Origin: Zancudomyces culisetae HAW-14-8
Taxonomy: Eukaryota; Fungi; Kickxellomycota
Assembly: GCA_052426225.1 (NCBI GenBank)
Contig: JBNJNM010000011.1
Span: forward strand, 1,240,001-1,304,000
Length of the DNA stretch: 64,000 bases
Direction of reading: 5' to 3'
Made by a program: the position numbers and the translations under genes. A model generated the notes under the pieces. It was not told the origin of the DNA and did not search any database. It was given only the letters and a program-made list of their open reading frames with translations. This document shows, in pieces, positions 1 to 12,000 of the stretch. How positions within the stretch are numbered: position 1 is the stretch's first letter; the number at the start of each line of letters is the position of its first letter.

Positions 1-3000
1 GAAAAGGATTTGGATGCTACAAATAACAGAGATTTCGACAAGAAAAATGACGTATCATTTGATCTTAGCTCGCGTGGTACTGAAAACGAAAGCCTCTCAA
101 AAGAGGATCTCTCTAGCGAGATTTTCAAATTAAACAAAAAAAACGTTTATCTATGTAAAATTGGAAAGTTGTTAAAGCGGTTGGAACTCAGCAACTTTTG
201 TATACAGTTCATAATTAACGAATTTTCGTTGATCACAAGGGAACGAACAGAAAGAAATTTAAAAAAAGAGGCGAGTTATGAAGACGTACTAAATCTGATA
301 CAACGTGATATTTCATGCAGCTTTAGCTATAAAAAATTAAAAGAAGTAATCACTGTTAAGACGGAAGCAGACGGAATAACTGTGGCACCAGGATCAAAAG
401 GTTCTACACCTGCTAATGAGTCCAAAAGCAAAACATTACCTAAAAAGTGTTCAACCAATGATAGGAGCAAGAGTACTATATATACCCATCATGGTGGTAG
501 CGGAAGTACATTTACGCCTGCGATAAAGTGCCTATCTGAATACGAAAAAGATCTAAAAATCGGCGTACAGCTTGACTTTTTCATTGAAACAGGTCCTCTC
601 ACTATTTATGTCATGGGGCAAGGAGAGGTTTCTAGTGAAAATGGCACTTCTGGATCACCAAGATTACAGAATGGCTTTGTAAACAGCGGCTGTAAAGTTG
701 GAATCACACTTCCGATAAGAATAGATACCAGCTCAAACGAGCAACTAACATCAAAGCCAGTAATCAGTGCTCGTATAGGCGATTCTTCACTAGCCGTAGA
801 CGTTCACTTTGTTTCAGCGTGTTTAAATGCTTTAAATATGTGCAAAGGCTATCTAGCATTACTCAAAAACGAAATGGAATTCGTGTCAAAAATGTCCCAC
901 GCTAATTTACGCAACAGGTTTTCGTATTTGTACCAGAATTTGTATGATGAAGATGTTCTGGCTGCTTTGGCATCTACAACGACACAAATACCAACAAATA
1001 CAACTACAACAAAAGAATCGGCTATTGAAAAGGGACAAAAGGAGCGTTCATACAAAAAGGAAGCTCAAAGGTGGATTACAATCAAATGGGCTATAAGTAG
1101 CTTTTTCAAAAAGATAAATTTAAATGTCGATGTAAACAAGATTAGTGCAGAATTAACTCCTACATTTACAACCCTACAATTGAAAGATAAGGAGCTAAAA
1201 CCTAATTTTGTAAAGATTGTGATACCCAAAGCATATTCCAATGCAGTTTTTTATTTGGTAAACGAAGGGTCGAATATAAAGAATATATCCTGTCTTAGTT
1301 TTGAAGGCAGAGTGAGTGGTGAACTTTCTCCCGTACAGATTAGCCTGAATGGAAAAGATTGTGTCGATGTAAAGAGTGATCCCGCACATATAAACAGTAG
1401 AGTAATCGTGGGAAATAATGGTATACAATACAATGGTTCCATTAACGGCAAACTAGGCTGTAATTCTTTTAACTCACAGCTGTTTAAGTCAGCTATCGAG
1501 TCCGACTTTAAAATAAATATAGGCGTTTTGGTCGCATCAATTTTTGCAAACGAGTTGCGTTTTATAATGAAGTGGTTGCCTTTGTGGATAAATGGAATGA
1601 ATATAGTTAGTAAGGGCAATGCGAACGGTACAATGTTCAACTCTACCTCTAGAACTAGCTTATCTTATGAGAAAGCGAAAGGCTTGAACGGCAGAAATAG
1701 CAGAGCAAATACAGCTTCTTATTCTTTTTTCAATGATAACAAGGATATCGACATCAAAGGTGCTGAAAAGACGACTCGTGGGATGGACTTCACTTTGAAA
1801 ATCGACACTGTGCTTGATGAGGTAAGGGCTTCGGTTTCAGCCAGCGATTGTGAAAATCCAGTTATCGATCAGGTAGAACATGGGGTTAATGTGTGTTTGC
1901 GTAAAGCTAATCTAGTTTTTAGAAAAGAAAAAAAGAAATTGCAAAGTAATACAAATCTAAAGGTTGGATTCTCTCAGTTTTTGATGAATACTTTTGCTTG
2001 TACCCCGCGTATGAATAAAAATGGTGGTGGCGAATTTTCTGACTTTACAGAATTCGCTGCAAAGGATGTACATTTTCCAGAACAAATATTATTTTTGACT
2101 CAATTCAGTGGAAGTGTGTCTTGGAAAGTTAAAAACAACACAAAAAATGATTCTACAAAAAGAGTTGGAAACTTTGAAGCAGATACCTTTCAAATAAGAA
2201 TCTCAACGGTGAGTTTGTATAGGTTGATGTTGGTAATGACCCACATTGGAATTAGTGGGAGGCTCTCTCGCTTTTCCGAGAGGTTTTTTGGTAAGGCAGA
2301 GAAGAAAAACACAAAAGAAAAATTATCCAAGATGAAGATGTCGTTCAAGTTCAATGAATTTGTGCTTGTGTGCGAGTTTTCGCAACCAAAATCACATGAA
2401 TCTAGTACCAGAAAGCTAATCAATTCAAGAAAGTCAGGAAGCAATATGTTTTTGAGGTTAAGTGCACCAAACGTATTGATGAACATTTGTGTGGATAAGT
2501 CTCGACCAAATGTAGCTACTAGGATATCGTTGAAAGCGCCATGCGTCGGGATACTTGGCACGGATGGGGAAGTGTCACCATTGTTTATGCTTTCAAATCC
2601 AATACTGAATCTCATTTTTCCAAGCGCCATGTACAAGATGAATAAGCAAAAAAAACTGGGAATCAGGCCAAACAAAACAGATACGATAATAGAGCTCAGG
2701 TTTGACGAAGGGAGTATAAATGTGGGACATAGGTATTACATGTCAAGTACTATCGATTCGTTAAAGCTGCTACAAAAGAGTTTTAAGCAGCTTTTTTCTA
2801 AATATAAGTTATGCCTGCAAACCGTATCAAGTGCGATGGATGATATAAAAATTGATTTAGAGGGCTTCTTTTACTCGGAAAAATGCTTTATAAAGTTGAT
2901 GAATGGGCTTACCGCCATTTCAAATATTGGAATACCAGAATACAGAGGTAAATCATCAGCAGCAAAACTAGTGCTTAAATCGCTTCGGGAACCGGATGAT

Positions 3001-6000
3001 CTACCAACATTTAAAATTAATGGTAAGCTGCTGTCGTTGATAATTCAGGACGATCCGTTTGAAACTGCGATTCAACGAATAATGCGTGTTGGTAGAATTG
3101 AACAGGCAGGTAGGCAGTCAAGGATACAGGCCTTCCAGAAAAAAATGGCGAATAGTGTGACTTTGAATAAAAATATGACCTCGTTTGAATCAGCCCATTC
3201 AACAGTGGATCCTAAGGCAGGTGGTGGTGCCAATGATGTTTCTAGCGGTACAGAGCATCGTAGAGCCCGTGTTCGTACTGAGTTTAGAAACTCAGTCTCT
3301 GGATTGAGTAGTTTCAAGCACCAGGAGGTTCATCATCTACATGGTGACCCTAAATCCAAAAAAAAATCTGCCACAGATTATAAAAATAAGGTGTTTGGAG
3401 AGTCATCGTCCTTTAGTCAAATTGGCGGCTATGGCGGTAGGGATTCTCTGAAACTCAATCGAGTTGATTTTAAAAAAAGTATCACTGATATACATATGAC
3501 GCCTTTGCGACCGCAGTCTACATCTATACCCGAAGGAAAAGATAAGTTGAGTGGTGAAAACACTTCTTCCAATAACAATTCACAGGAAGAGAATCTTTTA
3601 TATAGCGCAATGCAAAAACTTTTGGAGTATGAGTCTAGCAGTTGGATAAATGCCATAAGAAACTATATGATTAAGCCCAACCCCCGGAATACGGATGATC
3701 ACTCGCGTAACAGCTCTTTTAGTTGTTTTTCTGGTGTCTCAACCCACTGGTCAAATCCACGGTTGTCTAAATTCAAGGGTTCTTACAAATTCCCTGCCGA
3801 TAAATGTTTCGATTTAAAGGAGCATAGTTATAATAATAATGAAGCATGTTCTGATACTGAGTTGCCGATGGATAACTATGAAATCATCAATGAAGTGAGC
3901 TATCCAGATCTCCCGGCGTTTTATGACAGGCAACTATACCGCATTACCGAAATTGAAACAATTAAAATGAGCTTGTACGAGTCACAAGAAAAAGAGCCCG
4001 AAAAACCTCCTTATAAATATCACGAGATTGATTGGAAACATCCTGTGGTTCCTATGTGTGTTATCTCACTCAGAGCATTCTGCATAGAACTTGAAACTCC
4101 AACAGAGCTCTTGAGCTTTGAGCAGATCGAGCAATACTTGAGGAGTATAGATCCAGAAGTACCACCAAATCAGTTGTGGTCAACGCTAATCCCCCTCAGG
4201 ATGAAACTTAAAACCGGAGAAATCAAAGTTCAAATGAGAGACATTTCAATACCACTATTTCTAATACCAGACCCATTTTTTTCTGAGGATCAAGCCGAAA
4301 TAGAAAATAGGCAAAAGCAGAGTTATAGAAACTTTAGATGTGGTTTGAAGGTCGAGGGGTGTTTTATATTTTCTGAGCAACGAGCCCTGGAGAAATCCTT
4401 GAGACTTTCGAGCTTTACAGTGGATAAAATTCCAGCGCCACACCTTTCAACGGAAACTTTGAACGATTTGTCCAGCGTAGGCGAGTACTCGGATACAGAG
4501 AAAACAGTCTTGCTGCCGTGGTTTGTGTCAAAGAGCTTTATGTTTCCAAGAATTCATTCTAGGCTATCTTTTATTATCTATACAGCTGCTACAGATAAAA
4601 GCGCGGCTGCAAATGATATTATTAGATCTGGAAACCTGGATGGACACTCACAGTCCGAGTTTACGCGAGAACTGTTGACTAGCTTGATTAATCTCCGTCG
4701 GTTTCCAACGTCTTCGCCCATAGTATGCTGGGGTCAAAGGGTACAGCCAACTATAGTATCATTTTCACAAAGGTTTGAAAGCTTATCTTCTTCCTCAGGT
4801 GAACCTAGTCCGCATATAGGCTGGTGGGATAAGCTTCGTTCTCGTGCCAAGATACAACTTCGCGCATTATTGGTGGATGTTGACTTGGATGAACTTGCTA
4901 CATCAGATTCGTTTAGACTTTCCAACGAATATAAAATTGGTCGCCGTGGTAGGAACAGGCCGGTGGAGCACACTAGCGAGTTACTGTTTTATACGCCCGG
5001 CGGCAGAGATCCGCATAATTATGCGGTCGAAAATAGGGGATATCTATTTAGTTTTCGTGGGGGGGTCAGGCTGTCGATAGGTGAGGGTGATTTAGAAACA
5101 TCTGGCGTATGTAAAATATTTAAAAAAAATATAGTAATCAATCAAGGCAATGGCTCAAGGAGTGAAGTTGGTATAGCTGCGAAGATGAGCGAGAATATTC
5201 GAATCAAGTGCAGGACATTCTTGTGCGGAGTCCCCGGAATCGAGGAGGAAATGAGGAACGCAGAGCTTGTTTTAAAATCTGCGGTCATGTACAACCCAGG
5301 TTATAAACACCGAGATTATTCGTTGAAAGCCGACCAGGAAATGTTTCAAAATTTAAGGCACCAGATGCTCGCTGCGTCAAAAATCTTTATTGGGCGTTTT
5401 GGAAGACTTTCTTCAAACAACTATATGTTTTTAAAAGTATTAGGCGAGCTAAATAGCGGTGTTAGAATATCACTTGGTACATCATTTGAAATTCAAGAAC
5501 GAATCCATCTAAATACATTCATTGGTAAGGATGAATGTCAAAATTCGCAATCTTTGGAAAACGGCACTGAAAATGAGTATAAGAGCTATATTTCCAAGTG
5601 GGAAATTCTTCCACATGCCCCAGAGAATATTCCAAGTGCCTTAAAAGATGTGTATGATGCTTATTCGGGCTTTAGATCGAGTGGGATTGACCTAGGAATC
5701 AGTATTTTAAGTCCATTTGAAGCCGAGTCAGCGCCATCAACTAATCCTGCAGTGGTTCCCACTTCCACACATACTGAGGCACCACAAGAAGTCCGTGAAT
5801 TTGAGCGTAACGACTCTGAGCATATAGGGGTGAATACCTCTGAAATTAAGAATGACTGGATCCATGACTTTAGCAATTTTACTACAACCAGCCAAAGCAA
5901 AGGAATAAAGACACTAGCTTCTGCTGATAATGAAATACAACCGAGCCCAGTATTACCTTATGACGATGAAAATGAGAGCTACCGTGGGTATAGCGCTGAA

Positions 6001-9000
6001 CGGCACATTCCCCAAAGGTCTGCTAAAACCGCAACAAAAATGGCGTCCGTTGGGCCCAGTTTTGGTGGCAGAGCGAAACGCAGCGGCAGTAGAGACGGTC
6101 CAGGTGATCCGGATTATACTAAGCGTAATATGGCACCGAACCCTAGAGATTCACATGTTTATGACGCGACGGTTGGTGATGACAGGGAGGAAACGGACAG
6201 CGAGTATTTTATGTCTATGGATAGTAAAGATCGAGACATTTTTACACCTGGGCCGATCAAAACTTTTGCGTTCCTACAGAGCACTAGGAGTATCACAAAG
6301 CCTAGAAGTCGATGGCATGACCGTAGGATTTTTCTTCTTTCGCCTTTGCACAAGTGTGAGTTTGGAGATCATATGGGTACCCAAGATATGTACTTTGGTG
6401 CGTTTGTAAAAAGATCCGATATGTCAAACGCTTTTAAAGACGAAAGATCCGTAAACATTTCGCTTATTACAAGCAAACATTTTATGAGTTATTTGTCATT
6501 ATTTGCTTCACGGCTAAATCTTCCAGTGAAAAAAGGTAGAATGTATCCAGAGCGCTCGACTAAGGACATAAAGTTTGGAAAGGTGTTAAGATCGGTTCGA
6601 CTCGGAATTGATTTCAGAGACTTTGAGCTCTGTCATTCTTTACAAATAAGCCAGGTAAAAGAAATGGGACTTAAAGAGTTTGACGAGTTGAAAATATTTA
6701 CTAATCCACAGCTCAAGTTGTCAGAGCTTCTTAAAAACATGACAAACTTAGACGAAATGACAAATTCCCGGTTTTCAGATATCAGTAGTCCATACGAAAT
6801 CAAGGCATCTAAAGTCGAGGGGGATATATTTCAGGTAAAGGCTCGGGCTAAATTTTTGCAGGCGTCTCTGCTAGCAGTCCAAAAGCGTGTGAAAACCGTC
6901 CTCAATACCAAATCGAGTTCGTCTAGCTTAAGCTCAATCATCGGAGAAAAAGCCAGCAAGAAAAAAATTATATTTCAATGGGGAATTCCGAGAATTGATG
7001 CAGACGTTGACAATATTGACGTTAGATTGATAAAAATGTCTTATCGACTACCTGTGTTTGTCAATTCTGATAATGGTTTAGAAGCAGATTCAAAATCAGA
7101 TTACTGGGGAGGAAACATTGTCAATGGGATACGTTTGACAAAGAGTGCCGAGTCGATGTTTATTGAAAAACCACATCTTGCAAGTTGGATAAACCTCAAA
7201 AGTCTACAAGATCCGACACATTTCAACTTGAACCATGCCACTTTTTACGATGCTAATGTCTTATGTTTTCTAACTGCCCCACGGCTTGTGTACTTTATTA
7301 AAGATGAAGTTGAGAGTCTAGCCAAAAAAACGGCGGAAAGGTTGGACGCGCAATACGCAAGTCTAAATTTGGCATCAAATGACGTTGAATCCCATCAAGG
7401 AAAAATGCGAATGAATAGCGCTTCACTTGCCGAAGTTGGTACAGATCTAGATCGCAGTACAAATATAAAGAAATTCACATCATCTCACTCACTCAGCAAG
7501 GGCTATTTGCTCAATAACACTTCAAAAGATAAGGAAGAAACTATACCCACCAACTCGTTGAAAAATTCAGTAATGAAGCAAAAAAACACTTCGCGCACTG
7601 AAAGCTCTTTAGATCACCGGAAAATATTAAGAGATTCCCGGCTAACTCAGGCAATACTTTTATGTAGACGAAAAGAAAGGCTGGGAATGGCAATAGAAAT
7701 GAATGAGCTGAGGCAAAGAAAGCTTATGGAGGCGTTTGAATTCGGGGCCGATATTGAGTACGAGGAGTCGACTACTCAAAATGCTTTGGAGATCTATGAC
7801 CTGTGTTTTAGGCGAAGATTGATCAACAGGTGTATGTCGCTACTGGGAATCAGCCCAGAAAAGATAACTTCAGAAAATTTAGTTGACCAAATTAATGACA
7901 GTTTAAGCTCAAGCACACCGGGAATGACACAAGCCAAAGAGGCACGGGAGCTGGAGTCCAAATATCGGCATCGATTTTTGCTTTATTCGGCATACCTAAT
8001 ATGGACATCTCAAATCAGGGACATTTCGATGAAACTGTTTTACAATGAAGACACGTGGTTGGCAATGGAGTACTTCATTTCACAAACCGCAGCAAAAGTT
8101 GTAAGTGATCTTTCCAACAGAAACGCGAGTGAAGAAGGCATAAAAGCAGAAACGTTATCGTCATCAAAACCTGGCAAAAATACCGTGCAGAAATCTAGGG
8201 ACCTTGCGAACCGACACGCCCGAAGATTTCAAAGCGATTCTTCGTTTCAAAAGCCGAGTGAGCTTAGTGAGCCTGTACAATCGTCGGAAAATACTGGTGC
8301 TGATTTTGTGACGGATAGTAATACAAAGAATATCGACTCTTCGATATTTGCGGATAACATCGACAAGTTTGTTCCAATATATAACGCGTTGATTGAATTT
8401 CTAAACTCGCAACTGTCTTTTCGAATTGATGAGAGTAGTGTAGATGCTGTAGTTGCTTCTGTTGAAAAGGCACAGTTACATATGATCAAACTATACTCCG
8501 ATGAAATACTCGGGCGTTCGGCTTCTTCTCTAGAAACCACAATTACCAGAGATCCTACTCCCTCAATAGATATGGGGGGTTCTGTGTCTGTTTTTGAAGA
8601 GTTGGACAAGGACGACAACGACAATAGCAAGACCTTTGCTATAGGAAAAGACAGTCGTCGTGAAGCACCAAACATCTACCGGTTAACAGGCTTCAGCTCC
8701 TCACGCAATAAAACAAATAACCGTATGATAGATACGACAGTTGAAGTAAATTATGAGGAACATCTGGTCAAAACTCGAATGCTTGCAGAGCTAACCAATA
8801 TGCAAATGTTTTCTGTGAAAAAGGAAGATTTTGTCAAATGTCCAATATATCTGATTGACTGCAGCTATGGATCTGATGTTGCAGATCTGACGAACACCAC
8901 GGGCACTCTTTGGCCTGCATGGGTTCCAATCGAAATTCTCTTGACCCCTGAATTTACACAAACAGAGTTAATAAAAAATTCTGCATCCAAAGATGATAAA

Positions 9001-12000
9001 ACCCACAAAGCCTCGATTCTTGCTGAGGGAAGAAGACTGCTGAAGCAATATTCTAGATTTCTTGATAGATCCTCAGCCATCATTTTGTATGACAGAGTGA
9101 ATCCACATAGAATCAAAGATGTAGATACTGCTGAACACGAGGACGAAGATATTTTGGATCAGCAAAGTGAAAAGGCTACTGCTGAAAGTTCAGACGCCGC
9201 CGAACTAGACTGCGTGCAAAGCGAGGCTTTAGAGAGTATCAATTCCAATTTAGACAAAGTGGACGACTCAGCACCTCTACCTAGCTCTAAGTCATCTAAG
9301 AAATCCCTCAAAAGTGGCAAAAGTAATTCAACAAACAAAAGATCGCCTGCACCTTTACCCAACACCGGCTCGTCTGCAGCAGGCAACAGTAACCGTGGAA
9401 AGGCTACGTATGTTGGTGTTTATATGTCACACATTAATGTTGCTAGTACTTCAGCACAATATCGACTACTTTTTGACATGATTTCCCAACTATTTGTGTA
9501 TAACGAGCCAGGAAAAGTGGAATATCTTGATGAACTCAACTCTATTATTTTATCGACCGATCTAGCAAGTATCTATAACGCTGGGCCAACAGTGGTTAGA
9601 TTGCAAGATCAGTTGCGGGTTAGAAAGAGGCTTATTGAGGAATGGGTTCAAAAACAATGGGAGGATTCCCTACAACATTCGAGTTTTAATGACAATAGTG
9701 TGGTTATTGCAAACGGAAAGGCCAATCAGCTTCATACTGTCGCGCAACTATCACTGGAATCTTTCCAGCATGTTATATCCAATTTAGATAAGGCGCGTTC
9801 CGTTTTGATCCTGAGTAGACAGATAAACGTTCTAGAGCATCAGCTCAGAATAACTATGGATTTGGTAAGTGCCGCTCAGAAAAAGATATCAATGCTTGCT
9901 CGTTCATCCACACGCCATTTGTCTGGGTTGACGCCGGGTTCAAACTCTAGTTCTCAGATTATCCGACCAGATTCCCAAATTTCGGATAGAAACGAACTTG
10001 CAAATGAACTTGCCTCTTATACTCTTTCAGAGCAAAATAAACCACCCATGCTATCTAAAACACAGGCTAATAGCAGAGCTAATACCTTTACTTCAGGCAA
10101 TGATACATCTTTACCAGCGGATTATGATGAAAGTATTGATGATATCCCTGGGGATCAAAATAAGGAATATGGGACAAAGAAATCAAAATACGACTGGTCT
10201 TTTTGGAAATCACTATCCAGGCGCAAATCGCAGGATAGGCTTAGACGAGCTGATACTGCAAGCGACGGCAATCGGCTTTTTAACCATAGGAGTATTTCTG
10301 ATGACCATTTAGGAACCAAATCTACCAGATCGCATCAAGATCCCTTGCCGACACCCCCAAAATCCATTGCGCGGTATATAACTGCAAACTTTTCTTATGT
10401 CAACTGGCGAATGTTGGACGATGATAGTAACTCTATTTGCGATCTTAAACTACGCAATCTTGGTGCTGTTATAGAAACTACTACGAGCCAGTCGAACGAC
10501 ATTGTGTTTGAAATTGATCTTGTGGTCGCCCTTTCACGGGTTCCTGATTCAAAATTTCCCGAAATGATTATGCCCTTTGCAGCAAATATGAAAGAGCCTA
10601 TAGATTTTTCAAAGAACAAGATGTTAAGAGTTGTTTATTCACAACTAGCACCAGTAGGGGGCATCAACATTGTTGAGAACTTGGAAATCGACATGTCACC
10701 CATCAGAATTCAACTTTCTTATGACATTGGATCAATGATGATAGAGTATTTCTTTCCCAAACATGAGGCAAAGTACACAAACACGGCGAAAAGTCAGCAA
10801 ACTAGCACCAAAAACACTGCAGAATCCAAATCTACTGGAACTGGCGCCTCTACGCTTGATTCAAGTGCTACATCCATTACTAAAGGTAGGCCCGGTTCTA
10901 TTCCATTGGGCAAAAAGGGTGTTTCTGATTTTGATGAGACCCGATCAATAAAATCGTCTACCACTGGTGTTGATGGTGTATCACAGGCTCCTTCCCGTTC
11001 TGCAAACCTCGAGAATCACGATCAACAACAGCAACAACAACAATCAAAAACTTCTGCTCTTCAGAAACAAAAAAACGAAAACCTATCAATGAAAGATCGA
11101 GCCTCAAGCAATTATACTTTTATTCATGTCAAGATGCAGGGCCACCCACATATAATTACTTATCGTGGACCCAAGCGCAAAAACATAACCGATTTGACAG
11201 ATTTTCAATTTAACTCCCCCACTATAGAACTTAGAAATGAAGTTTTATCGTATTATGAACTGCTTATGAAGCTAAAAAAGGCATTTATTGGAGCTGCTGT
11301 TCAGCATACTGGTGCACTATTCCGAGAGAAGGTCAAGCAGCTCAGAGGTGCATACCCAAGTAAAAATGAAAAGGACGCTCTTTTCAACAAAAGGCTTGTT
11401 GAGCAAATCAACGAAGATGAGGATAGAGCCAGAAGATCTGCATATTATCCTGGAAATGCTGATACCATGTCCATCAATGAGGAGCCAGGCACTTCAAGTC
11501 TGACACAAGAGCGTCCATTACGCCCAACCATTGAGCGACAACCGAGCGCAGCAGACAGTTTTATATTTTTGTCGTCACCCACTCACCAGTTTACTCGCCT
11601 TATAACCCCGCCTGCATTCAGAGGCTATCAAGGGGATACTGAGAAAAAGCAAAAGACGTCTTCAACAGATGTGTCTCTAAGCGCTTCACGCTCTACTACA
11701 CACAATTTTTTATATGATGAACATAAGGAAACGGACCCACTTCCAAAAGAATCTGCGCCAGGCTTGTTACCGACTAAACGCACCCGTTCGGGCCTACTTT
11801 TTAAAGATTTTGATTTATACAACATCAACGATAGCTCAAAACTATCTCCATCCTCACCACCAGTTCTTCACCCATCTAAAGGTACCACCGATAAGATATA
11901 TTCTTTACAGGACTCTGTGTTTTTAAGTAACAGGCCTGGTTTGATTTCGCGGAGCTTGTTACCCAAAAACATTCCAGGTTTTCGACTCAAGAATAAAAAT

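Noticed and set aside
849-11926. Many short antisense or alternate-frame ORFs inside FMP27 (likewise in AASS, the PHD gene, MCM4, DIS3 and 56793-57431)
   Set aside because: Shadow ORFs of long or compositionally skewed coding regions; no independent motifs.
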